Notes under the pieces: model-generated
The model's input: the letters and a program-made list of their open reading frames with translations, nothing else
Databases searched by the model: none
Told to the model about the DNA's origin: nothing
Shown: piece after piece, positions 1-14,980 of the stretch
Layout: every line of letters starts with the position of its first letter
Numbering within the stretch: position 1 is the stretch's first letter
NCBI GenBank assembly: GCA_964016885.1
Contig: OZ024748.1
Span: 5,208,001 to 5,272,000, forward strand
Reading direction: 5' to 3'
DNA length: 64,000 nt
Source of the DNA: Eledone cirrhosa
Taxonomy: Eukaryota
Program-made: the position numbers and the translations under genes

Positions 1-102
1 AAAATTCAAGTTCCTTTTGTCACATGTGCTAGGCCTAAGTGTGCGGGAGGGAGTTTAAAAATCTCAAGTGGTGCCGCGATAGAAAATAGTTATGAACCGT
101 TG
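1..102. mobile_element. Probable right end of a hAT/Charlie-like element
   Basis: ...GGTGCCGCGATAGAAAATAGTTATGAACCGTTG followed by TTCTAGAC (NNNTANNN-type target). Confidence 0.4.
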
Positions 103-380
103 TTCTAGACAGACTTCTAACCATGACTAACAAGTTCTGTTTACCTCTATAAGATGGCCGTTGACTCTCCTGAATTCTACCACCCTTTGAGAAGTTTTGT
201 TTCATCTCTCACACTGTCTCACCCCCCCCTCACCAAGTAATATTGGAGGGGATACCCGTTTAATCACTATCGACCCAACCAAATGACTTATTGTACTGGG
301 TTACATGTTACCAATAGCGATCGACATGTATAAACAATAATACAAACTTCAGAAATTTGAGTTTTGATGAATTAATAGAT

Positions 381-435
<55 letters not shown>

Positions 436-963
436 ATACATGGGGAGGGTCATATTGAACACACTCACTGTTTGGTTTGTTTTCGCTTGTGTATCTTTTA
501 TATCAGTTAACTTATTTGGTCCTCAATGTTGCCATTGACTGACCAACGGTCAAAATTACTGATACAATATAGCCACAAACACATATATATATTCTAACAA
601 AGTTCTTTCGTTGCACATCTGCAACATCGTCAGTGGTGCTATTATGTTTCCTCCTGTTGTATGTCTACGCCATCTTTATTTAATCTGTTTATTTATTTAT
701 TTATTTATTTATTTATGTTTGTCTTCTTCTCTACGCATGCGTTTGCGTGTGTGTATAGTGCTTGATGTGTGTTCGCGTTTGGGTGACTGTGTTTTGGTTA
801 TTGTATTCTATCTTAGATTAATAGTGTGTGTTTATATGTGTTTGTTGTTACAGTGAGTGTGTTCTGTTATTAATTCTGGCAATATTATTACAACAATATG
901 ACCCTCCCCAAGTATAACAATAATTGTTTCGACACACGATTTCATATCAAAAACCTCGCAAAA

Positions 964-1007
<44 letters not shown>

Positions 1008-1408
1008 CATTACATACACACCTAATATACATATATATACACATATATAAACATACATACATCGTTATACTGTCTAAAAAATACAAAAAATTATAAAATG
1101 AGTATGGAAATACATGTTAACCTCCAATGATTTGCTCCTCTTTTCACAATAGCCTGACATCAACCAGTTTGATTTATTTATATAAATGTCAATTTAATTG
1201 TTCAACTTATCTACTGGCCAAAGAACGGAATTATTCCCATTAATTATAACGCCGTGTTCAAAGAAATACAGTTCACAGACGTATATCTATTTGCATGGAA
1301 TTGTCTCCCATGTATAATATTTGTTAAAAGACACCGAACAAATAGCTATAAGTCAAGCAGAAACTGTACACACACACACACACTCATATACACACACACA
1401 CGCCCACA

Positions 1409-1474
<66 letters not shown>

Positions 1475-1575
1475 TGTCGGTGTGTCTTTCTCTATATATT
1501 CAAGGATATGTGTGTATATGTGTGTATATATACGTTTGATTTTCACAAACGGGGTGAAAAAACAGCTCGATGCGT

Positions 1576-2210
<635 letters not shown>

Positions 2211-2296
2211 TCAGAATTGCTACGGGAGTCTCTTGTAAATTAACTCACCAAGAAAAATATATACGTATAGTGAGATAGAGTGAGAAAGAAAGAGAG

Positions 2297-2353
<57 letters not shown>

Positions 2354-2579
2354 GAGTTTAATATGTGAAGTTCATGTTTTCTAAGTCCACTATTCCTGAA
2401 CATATTGACTTAACGTTCTTCAGTGTTTATACATCCGCTTATTTTTCTCCTTTTGGGTAAAATTACGAATAAGAAATGTATTTTATATTGCCATCATCAT
2501 CATCATTACTGTCCTGGTTATTGTTCTTGTTATTGTTGTGAGTTTTCTTGTTCTTTTTGTTATTGTTGTTGTTATTGCC

Positions 2580-3140
2580 ATAAGGTCGTAGAATTGAAAG
2601 AATCGTTACAAAACATTTAATTGTAGCTCTCAATATACTGAGTTCAAATACCGCCGAGGTTAGCTTTACCTTCCATCATTACGGAGGTCGAAAAGATAAA
2701 GTACCAGTAATTCACTGAGTTTGATTGAATCAACTTTCCCCTCACCCTTCAAAATTGTTGACCTTGTGTCTGAATCAGAAACCATTGGCAGTATCGGTAG
2801 AGGGTCGGATGCCATGATTTGACGTATAGAGTTACGGCCCTTGCCATTCTGAGTTCAAATCCCGCCGAAGTTAACTTTGCCTTTCATCCTTACGGGGTCG
2901 ATAAAATAAAGTACCAGTAATGTACTGGATTATTACTGGCCTTGTTCGAAAAGTAGAAACAATTATTATTGCTATAAGGTCGTTAAACGAGAGAATTTTT
3001 AGAGCTTAAAACAAGACATTTATTTATAGCTCCTAGTATATTGAGTTCAAATCCCACCGAGGGTAGCTTTGCCTTTCATCCTTACAGGATATATTTTATC
3101 GACTTCGAATGGACTTTACTCATCCGCCAAATTGCTGGCC
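2580..3140 (+). mobile_element. Three tandem copies of tRNA-derived SINE family S1
   Basis: A-box-like TGGCAGTATCGGTAG, B-box GAGTTCAAATCCC, central GCCTTTCATCCTTACGGGGTCGATAAAATAAAGTACCAG, (ATT)n tail; best copy 2786-2968. Confidence 0.8.
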
Positions 3141-3949
3141 TTTTATCATTAAGAACAGCAGCATTGCGGAACCCATCACAATCATTTTTAGGTTGGTAAC
3201 TATTATAAAGCAACATATATTGTCATGTAATAAAATGAATAAAAATATTATTTCATCAATATATCATAGTATTTCATTATATATGAAGAGTATTTCTTCA
3301 CTCACCACAAGCTGCTATACGACATCTGCTTGATCTTTACATTCTAAATATCTTAGGTTTCAACAACTTCGATGTTTCGTCTCTAAAATAGAGGATAAAA
3401 GGAAAATATAGTCTTAATCTTTTATACTTTGGGAACTAGCAGAAAAACCAACCTTCGGGTGGTTTTTTGCTAGCATGTGTAATGTACATATTGATATTAT
3501 ACGCAAGTATATATGCATGTAGATATGATACATCAAATAAAATCGCAATTGACGATAAACACAGAAATTGAACGAAGACTACGTAACACTCTCTTGTGTA
3601 ATCAGTAACGTAATCCATGATACATTAAAAAAAGACGATATTATATATAAACTGCATTAAGAGAAAATTAGTGACGGAAATATATGAATGTTTATTTAAG
3701 CGATGGCTAACCGGAAGTGTTGACATTTGAAAATGTTAAAGAAGTGAATCTTAAAATAAGCAACAATATTATTTATATTTAATCAAGAATAACGAAATTT
3801 AGTAGATAAATTATGCAATATTCATTCATTATTTATCCAAAGTAATCCAACTTATTTTATAAACGGGATAAAAAAATATATTCTGAACGCAGTCCCGCAC
3901 ACCTTTCTTTATTATAGTTTAGATTTCCTACTATCAATAAAAACACACG

Positions 3950-4190
3950 ACACTTTATTTCACGTTGCTTCAGTCCACTCAGCTGGCAAAATTGAGTTGT
4001 ATCTGTGATTCGAAGGGCCAGCCTTGTCACATTCTGTGTCACGCTGAATCTCCCTTAGAACTACGTTAGGGATTTGCGTGTTTGTGGAATGCTCAGCCAC
4101 TTGCACGTTAATTTTAGGAGCAATCTGTTCCGGTGATCGTATCATATGGAACACTCCTCGTCGGTTACGACGGAGTGCCACAACTCTTGT
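3950..4190 (+). mobile_element. S2 SINE, tail type b (headless); inverted relative at about 21410-21665
   Basis: GACACTTTATTTCACGTTGCT.CAGTCCACTCAGCTG...CACGCTGAATCTCCC..AGAACTACGTT. Confidence 0.68.
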
Positions 4191-4472
4191 TACTTGTTCA
4201 ACGTCATGTCATTCATATTTGAATAAATCTAACATCAACGGCGTTCCAGCTGTGACCATCTTGCTTAGAAGTTTCATAGTTGTCATGAACAGGATTTTGT
4301 AAAAATCGATTCCAAAATCGATTAGATCAATCAATACCAACGCATCATTAAATACGCATGCGTAATTAAATGATTAAAAGAAAGGATATGTGTATAATGT
4401 GTATATGTGTGCGTGCATTTATATATTATATATGCGCGTACATGTGCGTATGTATGTGTATATATAAGTATA

Positions 4473-4573
4473 TATAGAGTGTCCCGAAAAATGCATACAC
4501 ACTTCAACAGGATTCTAATAAAAATTGCCTGTACAGGTAATCAAAGTGTGTATACATATTTTGGGGACAGATA
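4473..4573. mobile_element. About 100-bp Tc1/mariner-like MITE; copy at 62051-62150, lone end at 27392
   Basis: TA(C/T)AGAGTGTCC.AAAAA...AAGTGTGTATACAT.TTTTGGGAC inverted termini; same internal sequence at 62051. Confidence 0.65.
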
Positions 4574-4755
4574 CACAGACAAACACGCGCGCTTCTGGTG
4601 TATAATATAATAGAAGTCTGAAGCTTTTAAATAGATGCATTAATGCATTTTTAAAAACCACCAGCATTCCCTGTCGGATCCTGTATGTGTGTAGACACAC
4701 ACATATACACATTTACATTCACTTATACGTAGGTGTGTATGTGTGAAGAGAGAGA

Positions 4756-4795
<40 letters not shown>

Positions 4796-5616
4796 GAGAG
4801 ACAGATATATAGATGATCAAATATCTAGCTGTCAATTTATCAATCAATCATTCTGTCAAATGTTCCTTTTATCTCATTCTTCATTCACACAGGTATTTAT
4901 ATATTTATTTCATTCAACTGTTTATTTATCGAATCAGGTCATCCACACGTTCAAAGTAACAGTTGTCAGCTTTTAGACACCACTAGCACAGTCATTTAGG
5001 GACCAACACCAGCAGCAGCAGCAGCAGCACCACCACCACCACAACCACCACCACCACCACACCACCACCAATAACACCACCACCACCACCACACCACCAC
5101 CAATAACACCACCACCACCATCATCACCACCACAACCATCATTACCACCACAACCAACACCACCAGCACCACCTCCACGCCCTCCACCACGATCACCACC
5201 CCCTCCACCACCACCACCACCACCACCACCACCACCACCGGTGTCAATAATGATTTCTGATTTAGGCACATGGCTAATAATTTGATGGAGGGAAAAGTCG
5301 ATTAAATCGACCCAGTGCATGATTGGTACATTATTTGATCAATCCCGTAAAGATGAAAGGTAAAGTTAAGCTAACCCCGGCGGTATATGAACTCAGTACG
5401 TAAAGGGCCGTAAAACAGCCACCCCCAACCACTGAAAAACAATCGGTATATACTGTCGTAGTTAAAATTATTTTAGTTAGTTTGATATATCTGGGCATTA
5501 CCAGTGATTTAAATAGACGTGAGTTTGTCAAGTGAAACCACTGGAAATGCATGAACACGTCAAATTGTAAATACAAATGTGTGTGTGTGTGCGTGCGTGT
5601 GTGCGTGCGTGTGTGT

Positions 5617-5647
<31 letters not shown>

Positions 5648-5698
5648 ATCTTATGCATATACATAACTATACACACACGCATATGTATGTATATATAC

Positions 5699-5773
<75 letters not shown>

Positions 5774-6216
5774 ACCACTTTGAGAAATCTAATACAAATG
5801 TCAGAAAATTATAATGCAATAAAAATATTAGACAGCAAATGGAGAATATCACACCTCATATCCGCATTTTCTCTTCTTTCAATCCCTTCCTCCTCTTTTA
5901 CCTTTCTTTCTATCTTTTCCTTCACTTTTCATATTTTCTGTATTTTAAGGGCAAAAGTTAACTTCACCAGACTCTCTTCCGACATAATTATATCAGAAAT
6001 ATAATTTTCTTGTTGGGTGCAAAGCCATCTATTTGCTTTGTCAGTCAGCACCGTTTCAGAAGATTTCGGAATGCCAGGAAGTTCTTCAACTAACCGTATT
6101 TTACCAAAGAGGTCGGTTCTATAGAAATTTGCAGGTTTCGTCTTTTGACATACTCTCTTCTTCTCGGTCTCTGTAGTATGCTCTACCACTACGGATATTA
6201 CCTTCCAGTGTTCTAC

Positions 6217-6276
<60 letters not shown>

Positions 6277-6279
<3 letters not shown>

Positions 6280-6536
6280 TTCAAAATATTAACAAAATAG
6301 ATATTCTTATGATCAAGTATATTTTATTATACATATTTCAGAGGTACTGAGTTAACTTCAACAGTACGTCCTCATCAGATAAAATAAGATGATGCATGAC
6401 ATACCCTGACATAGTAGATGGTTAAGATTCAGTCATGGTATTGAATTAATAACTCCGGAAAACCAATACTGTTGAGTGCTTCCAATCTATTGTAAAACTC
6501 CTTCTTTGATTTATTCATTGAACCTTGTTTAACCTT

Positions 6537-6540
<4 letters not shown>
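6277..6540. mobile_element. Family A-related PLE derivative with one arm and a tail
   Basis: (TA)n-flanked; minus-strand HHR at 6320-6386; GACATACCCT shared with family A; plus-strand tail motif ACTC...TTGAGTGCT at 6452-6480. Confidence 0.7.
6320..6386 (-). ncRNA. Minimal type I hammerhead ribozyme
   Basis: Minus strand: TATTTTAT-CTGATGA-GGACGTACTG-TTGAAGTTAACT-CAGTACCTCT-GAAA-TATGTATA^ATAAAATA. Confidence 0.8.
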
Positions 6541-6613
<73 letters not shown>

Positions 6614-7183
6614 GAAATGGCTGTGTAGTTGCTATTTAAGGTAATTTAAAATGCAGTGGGAATACGAAGAAAGCAAAAACAGGGGGGTCCTCATCAGTTG
6701 TCTACTGGGGGTCTAAGATATTTCTACGCTTTAAAGACAAGATACCACTTCACCCCAGGGCGTCAATAACTGGATAAGTTATTGGGAAAACGAAGGAAGG
6801 AAGGAAAGCAAAGGGGAAGGAAAGAGAAACAGTAACAAAACAGCGAAAAAAATAAAAGCGAAAAAAAATAAAACAAAAAACACACACAAACAGAGCAAAG
6901 TGCGAGCAACTATTGGTAGGAAAACCAAGACCACTCGATAATAGAACTTCGAGACCGAGTAACATGATAGAGGAGCAGAAGACATCCAGAAATACAAGAC
7001 GTCGGAGGTGTGGAGATTCCCGAGAGAATCCTTCCAGGATTGCATGAAGGCGTGGTTAGAAGGATGGGAAAGTGGGTTAGAATCGAGGGGGATTATTTGG
7101 AAGGGTAAACTCGTAGTTGATAGGTTGGATTGGAAATATATTTTTTAGGGGTACACAATCCTATTTCTTTTCTTACGAACCTC

Positions 7184-7289
<106 letters not shown>

Positions 7290-7520
7290 AGAGAGTGAGA
7301 GAGAGATCTAGTAGTGATGAACCTCTCAGAGGCCACGTGACTACAACAGCCAATGAGAGTGTTACATTCAGTAGAGCCAGAAGAGGAAATTGTACACCAA
7401 ACTTTTTTTTTTAAATTATTTCCTACATATATAATATATTGCAAGAAATCAAATATTTGTATTAACTAATCGAACCAGTAGTAATCGGAGTATTCGACTG
7501 TGTATATCAATCACACACAC

Positions 7521-7615
<95 letters not shown>

Positions 7616-7826
7616 TTTATATATATATATATAAATATACATACATATATATGTATATATATATATGAATATACATACATATATATATATATATATACAC
7701 ATATATATATATATATATATGAATATACATACATATATATATATATATATATACACATATATATATATATAAATATACATACATATATATATATATATAT
7801 ACACATATATATATATATATATGAAT

Positions 7827-7865
<39 letters not shown>

Positions 7866-8107
7866 TATATATATAAATATACATACATATATATATATAT
7901 ATACACACACACACATATATATATATATAAATATACATACATATATATGTATATATATATATGAATATACATACATATATATATATATATATATATGATG
8001 GGATACAACAAGCAAATATTTTTATAACTGAAATAAAGCACTCAACAAATATGTGGAGTAAAAATACAATATGAACAAATGGAAACTATATTTATAAAAC
8101 CATATTT

Positions 8108-8170
8108 ATTTCATTATACATATTTCAAGGACACCAAGTTAAATTATGGTGTGCTTTCATCAGATAAAAT
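8108..8170 (-). ncRNA. Minimal type I hammerhead ribozyme (family A, left arm)
   Basis: Reverse-complement copy of 8318-8380 with intact CTGATGA and GAAA boxes. Confidence 0.78.
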
Positions 8171-8317
8171 ATAATATAGATCAGTTTTATAAATAAATAT
8201 TGACATACCCTTAAAGAATGCAACCATTACAGTTGGAAACTCCGGGAGCTTCCAACTGTAATGGTTGCATTTTTTAAGGGTATGTCAATATTTATTTATA
8301 AAACTGATCTATATTAT

Positions 8318-8380
8318 ATTTTATCTGATGAAAGCACACCATAATTTAACTTGGTGTTCTTGAAATATGTATAATGAAAT
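8318..8380 (+). ncRNA. Minimal type I hammerhead ribozyme (family A, right arm)
   Basis: ATTTTAT-CTGATGA-AAGCACACCATAATTTAACTTGGTGTTCTT-GAAA-TATGTATA^ATGAAAT. Confidence 0.8.
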
Positions 8381-8420
8381 AAATATGGTTTTATAAATAT
8401 AGTTTCCATTTGTTAATATC

Positions 8421-8503
<83 letters not shown>

Positions 8504-8799
8504 CATGTATATATACATATACATATATATATATATATTTGTGAGGAGAGCGAGTATATTATGTATGTCTGTATATATATATATATATCTCCCATATCAC
8601 ACAAGTTCTATTGAATCCACTCTCGCTATTCTGTCAGATGACAATCATGGTCAGTTTTACCATTAATATTGCTGTCCTTTCAGTTTCCTGAAACAAGATA
8701 TTGTAAATTACACCAATACGCAATTATTTTTTCTATTTCTCAAATCATTCCATGGTTCTGTGGCCAATAAAAGAAAATGTTATTATTATTATTGGTAAA

Positions 8800-9770
8800 A
8801 GGGCGGTGTATTGGCAATAAGGGCGGTGAATAGGCAGTATCGGTAGAGGGTCGGACTCTATGTTTTGCAGCATAGTTACGTCCCTTTACGGACTGAGTTC
8901 AAATTTCGCCGAGGTTAACTTTGCCTTTCATCCTTACGTGGTCGATAAAATAAAGTACCAGTAATGCACTGGGTAATTGCTGGCCTTGTGCCAAAAGTAG
9001 AAACAATTATTATTGGTAATATAGAAGAGCTGTGGATTGGTGGAATCATTAGAGCCACGGAGAAAATGGCTCGTGGCATTTAGTTAAGGCCCTTTAAATT
9101 CTGGGTTCCAACCCGATGAGTTCAGTTTTACCTTTGCCCCTTTTGGGGTTGATAAATAAAGTACCACTCATGTACTGGGGTTGATGAAACCGAGTGTTCC
9201 CCATGGAAATAGTTGACATGTTGCTAAAATTAAAAATCATTATTTCTGTTATTAAATCACGCTGAGGTTAACTTTGCCATTCATCCTTACAAGGTCAATA
9301 AAATAAAGTACCAGTAATGCCCTGGGGTAGATTTAATCGACTCCCCCATCCAACTCCCCACACAAAAAAATTGCTGACCTTTTGTCTAAATCTGAAGGCA
9401 TTATTATTATTATTATTGTTATTTTTAGGTTTGCATTGGCAAAGTTCGTACTGTGTCGGAATGAATGTATTGCAGTATTTCGTCACGGCAATAAGGAAAT
9501 ACCAGTAAATTACTAGGGTTGGTGTAATCGTCCTTCCCTTGCACCAAACTTTAGTGGACTATCATTAAAATGGAGACTTGGTGAACTCGTTAGAGGATCG
9601 AGCCAAATTCTATGTGCTATAAGTCCGGAAACTTTACATTCTGGGATCAAATCCCACGAAAATCAAAGTTTCTTTTCATCCCTCTCCTAGGCAACTCGGG
9701 TTGTAATAAAGTTTTTCCCTTCGCTCAAAATTGCTGACCTTGTGCCTAAATTAGAAACGATTATCATTAT
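8800..9770 (+). mobile_element. Cluster of about five co-oriented S1 SINE copies of differing divergence
   Basis: Same boxes as 2786-2968; near-intact copy at 8820-9012. Confidence 0.78.
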
Positions 9771-10254
9771 TATAATCCTCCCCACGGGAATAAACAAACT
9801 CTAGTAATGATATTCATGTATTCTATAGAAATGTCATTTTGATAATATTTTTACATGAATTCTGTAAAATTACAGTTTGGTCGAATAACATTGCAGCAGA
9901 ACCAAAACTTCAGGATATTTCTTTAGAAAAATGGTAGGAAACTATAGCTTCGTATCTGTCGATGAGAAGGGGGTATGTGTTGTGTCATTTCTGCCAACAT
10001 TTTGGAGCCTGAAGGTCTAAAATTTACCAGAAGTAAATTATTGGCCATCCATTTCATCTCTCCTTTAGGGAATTGATGGTACTAGTGGCTGAAGAGGGGG
10101 GGGGGGGGTGTTAGACAATCTTTAAATGAATTGGCAGTGGTACAAATGGCAAAGTGATATATATATATATAAATATATATATGTAGTGTATGTGTGTGTA
10201 AATACATATATATATATGCATATATATATATATATATGCATATATATATATATA

Positions 10255-10370
<116 letters not shown>

Positions 10371-10388
10371 GCTATCTATCTAACTATC

Positions 10389-10420
<32 letters not shown>

Positions 10421-10423
10421 TAT

Positions 10424-10499
<76 letters not shown>

Positions 10500-10888
10500 T
10501 TAGATAGATAGATAGATATAAAAACATACATATATATATACATAAATATACATACAGCATGAATATAGAGAGAATGCTAATGCAAGAGATATACAGATAT
10601 ATGTATACGCATATAATTTAATTCGAACATACAAATGCGCATACACACATACTCACACATGGACAGATTAAGCTTGAGAGAATTCACAGAGGGAAAAGTT
10701 GGGGAGAGCGAGGGGGGACAGAGAGGGAGAGATGAGATGAGGCGAAAACCAATATTCTTCGTAGATATTCATCCACTGGATCCCTTCCAGTTGGTTGATG
10801 GAGTTGGCATTATATGTAAATGTGCGTGTATCTATATACACACATATATATATACATTCATATATATATATGTATGTATGTTTGTGTG

Positions 10889-11012
<124 letters not shown>

Positions 11013-11097
11013 GAGAAAGAGATGGGGGTACAGATATGCAAACCCAACGTGCATCTGGTAAGCTAAGATATATTGGAGATAGTATATATATATATAT

Positions 11098-11208
<111 letters not shown>

Positions 11209-11566
11209 CACACAGTATATATGGTCGAAAGATCTGTTCTGCGTTGTGTCAGTTGGCAGAAGGACCACGCCACTTATCCGATTTTACCATGAAACAAGAT
11301 GTGCATGGTTGCTCATTAGAATTCCCAGATTTCGCATAGATTTTCAATTTCTAGCAAAGAAAAGGTAGAGGAATTATAGGGGAAAATGAAGGAATTGGAA
11401 GGAAAGGAGACGATTGAAAGGGAGAGCTCTTTAAGGGAGAGACATTTAAGACATAAATTATGGGGAATTTAGAGAACAAAGATATTGATATGTCTCAACT
11501 GTTAGACAGGAAAACTAAGTTTGAATAAAGTTTTTCCAATAAAATGTTTATTATACACTCAAACAT

Positions 11567-11642
<76 letters not shown>

Positions 11643-11988
11643 AATTAGTTCCACAACAGTTACTATATATATATCGGTGTGTGTGAGAGAGAGAGTGTGG
11701 CTGTGTGTGTGTGTGAGTGTATGTCTGTGTGTGTTTGTGACTGTGTGTCAGTGTCTGTGTGTTGGTGGGAGTTAAGTCTATATATATCAATATTTTATGC
11801 TCTGATTATTATTTCAGATGTGTTCCTTGTTGCTGATATTGTTGGTGTCATTGTTATCTCTTGTTGCCTTTCTTCCTATTTTCTTTCCAATTGCTTAAAG
11901 TTATTGTTTTATTTATATTCTTCGTTTCTTTTACACCACATGCGTATGTACACTCACATATATCTGTCTATCTACCTATATATCTATA

Positions 11989-12035
<47 letters not shown>

Positions 12036-12072
12036 GACTCTCTCTCTCTCTATATATATATATCTCTATCTA

Positions 12073-12115
<43 letters not shown>

Positions 12116-12227
12116 TAGCGAGAATCGTATTTCAGCTCAGGAATTAACGAAAAACAACTTCCGAGATGTGTGGCAAGCGCTCAATGATTCATATGAATAT
12201 ATATATAATATATATATTTTATAGAAG

Positions 12228-12280
12228 GAGCTTCTACAGGACTAGTACTGTTTCATTCAGATGAAATCTTCAGGAAGCTC
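12228..12280 (-). ncRNA. Hammerhead-like motif (family D) with bulged stem I
   Basis: Minus strand: GAGCTTC-CTGAAGA-TTTCATCTGAAT-GAAAC-AGTACTA-GTC^CTGTA-GAAGCTC. Confidence 0.55.
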
Positions 12281-12295
12281 AACCCGGGACCTACG

Positions 12296-12344
<49 letters not shown>

Positions 12345-12420
12345 TTTTCTCGTTACCTCCATCTTCCTGCATTTCTCTTCCATTTATTCTTTCTCCTCTC
12401 CCTACCATATATATATATAT

Positions 12421-12712
12421 AGCGTTGGGCTTGCAATTGAGGGGTTTTGAGTTCGGTTCTCGGACCGCGTGATGAGTTGTGTCCTTGAGCAAGATACTTT
12501 ATTTCATGTTGCTCGAGTTCACTCAGCTGTAGAAAAAAGGAGTTGCGACGTCACTGGTGTCAAGCTGTATCGGCTATTGTCTTTCTCTTGGACAACATTG
12601 CTGGCTTGGAGAGGAGAGACTGGTAGAGATGGGCGACTGGTGGTCTTCTACAAACAACCTTGCCCGGACTTGGACCTCTGAGGGAAACTTTCCGGGTAGA
12701 AAATCATGGCCC
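12421..12712 (+). mobile_element. S2 SINE, tail type c; inverted relative at 53630-53893
   Basis: Same head and core, then GGTGTCAAGCTGTATCGGCTATTG. Confidence 0.7.
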
Positions 12713-12861
12713 TGGCCTTTAGTTTCTTCATACATATTGCCACTCTCTTTTCTCTTCCTTTATGTTTCTGTCCGTTTCTCCCTCACTCTCTCTCTCCCCC
12801 TCTCTCTTTACACACACACACGCACACACATATCATATACACACACCATTTCACATCTCTC

Positions 12862-12930
<69 letters not shown>

Positions 12931-13399
12931 TTCTCACTCCTCGGTCATCTTTTTGTCACTTTATTTCTACTTTCACTTTTACACCTTACTTCATTCATTC
13001 CTTTCTTTCTTTCCATCCTTCCTTTATTTCTTTCGTTCTTTCTTTCTTTCTTTCTTTCCTGTTTTTCTTTCTTTCTTTCTTTCTTTCTTTCGTTCCTGTG
13101 AGAAAAGAAATATTTCTCAATTTATTCAATCACTTCATGTTTTCCACGACTTGCTGTTCCTCCTTCATCTTCTCCTCCTCCTCCTCCTCCTCCTCGCCCT
13201 CTACATACCTTACCTTCTTCCTCCTGTGGTTACTCTATCTCTACCTCCCCCTCCCCCCCTCCTCATGCTGAAAATCCTCGATCCACCCTTTTTACGTTAC
13301 TACCCATCTACCCAAATAATCCCTGCTTCCATTTATACTCGCAATGGTACACCCCGCCAGCACCCATACCACTACCTCCAACATTACTACCAACACCAC

Positions 13400-14062
13400 C
13401 ACAGCTACCACCACAGTACACCCTCCATCAGTACTCTCAACAACACCACCACCAACACCAACACCATCAGTACTCTGAACAACACCACCACCACCACCAA
13501 CACCAACACCATCAGTACTCTGAACAACACCACCACCACCACCAACACCAACACCATCAGTACTCTGAACAACGCCACCAACAGCACCAGTACTCCCCCA
13601 CAACACCACCACCACCATCAGTTCTCCCGACAGCACCACCACGTGTACACACACCACCAACACCACCACATATGAAACTATTACGAGCAACACCTCCACC
13701 ACCACCACCAGTACTGTTCAAAACACCACCACCACCACCAGTACTCCTCAAAACACCACCACCACCAGTACTCCTCAAGACACCACCACCACCACCACCA
13801 CCAGTACTCCTCAAAACACCACCACCACCACCAGCAGTACTCCTCAAAATACCACCACCACCACCACCACCACCACCACCACCAATACTCCCAACACCAT
13901 CAGTACTCTGAACAACACCACCACCACCACCAGTACTCCACAAAACACCACCACCACCACCACCACCACCACCACCAATACTCTCACCACCAGCAGTACT
14001 CTGAACAACACCACCACCACCACCACCACCAATACTCTCACCACCAGCAACACCACCACCCC
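13400..14062. repeat. (CCA)n-derived minisatellite punctuated by CAGTACTC modules
   Basis: Direct reading; similar (CCA)/(GGT) tracts at 5005-5240, 18330-18870, 19955-20200 and 28550-28800. Confidence 0.85.
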
Positions 14063-14575
14063 TTATATGAACACGACGACAACAAATGCCAACAAACTTA
14101 CCACCATCACTAACACCCTCTCCGCCAACACCCACCACTAACAACAACCACAACAACAACACTATATCCAGCAACATTAATATAGATAGCTCCGTCTTCC
14201 TTATTCCACCTCCTCCTCCTGTACCTCACCCCCACCCTCCTCTCTTGCTCCTCTACTACTGACACACGCAAAACCTTGTGCGACGGAAGACGTAAATCTT
14301 GTCAGACATTTTGCTAACCTACTACCACCTCCACACTAGATTTATACACCACACCATACCACACCACACGTCACATAACAACAGACACACACATACATAA
14401 TATCATATACACACACAAATCAGAGCACACAAATACACACACACACACACACACACATACATACAGCATGTAACACGCCACATTATATATCCACAACACA
14501 AAACATCAAATATATACTGCACTGTATCACACACATCAATATACGGTGTGTATTTATGTAGAAACACACACACAC

Positions 14576-14610
<35 letters not shown>

Positions 14611-14619
14611 TGTGTATAA

Positions 14620-14815
14620 GTCCCCGGTTCAATCGGAGGTAACCACAGTAAGTAAGGTACTAAAAAGATTAGTAGAGTGTAAACATCATGTTTAATATAG
14701 AAATGGTTTCTACAGAACTACAACTGTTTTATTCAAAAGAAATCATTAGGACTTTCCTAATGATTTCTTTCGAATGAAACAGATCAAGTCCTGTAGAAGC
14801 CATTTCTATATTAAA

Positions 14816-14820
<5 letters not shown>
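14620..14820 (-). mobile_element. Fold-back element family D with HHR-like core; relatives at 12222-12297 and 50062-50180
   Basis: Arms 14688-14750 and 14756-14818; CTAATGA-TTTC-TTTC-GAAT-GAAAC-AGATCAA-GTC; tail is the reverse complement of 50128-50180. Confidence 0.72.
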
Positions 14821-14853
<33 letters not shown>

Positions 14854-14980
14854 GTGAGGTTTTTTTACAAAATGAAAAATAACCGAGGTGTCCTACACGA
14901 GTGAAAGTTTAAAGAAAAAAAGATGAAATCGAACATGCAACTGGAGTCTTATTTAAAAAAAAAAGATATATATATATATA

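Larger units (their letters stand above)
7997..8421 (-). mobile_element. Fold-back non-coding PLE derivative, family A (about 165-bp arms plus tail) in (TA)n
   Basis: Near-perfect inverted arms about 8072-8240 and 8248-8417 around TCCGGGA; single-copy tail 7997-8070; homologous to 14981-15290 and 42659-43053. Confidence 0.85.

Noticed and set aside
5929-6219. 96-aa minus-strand ORF of normal composition
   Set aside because: Starts at a (TA)n edge with no recognisable domain; probably a TE relic but unsupported.
12557-14177. Extensin-like, mucin-like and Gly-rich ORFs
   Set aside because: Translations of (CT)n, (CTTT)n and (CCA)n tracts starting inside a SINE; no splice or domain evidence.
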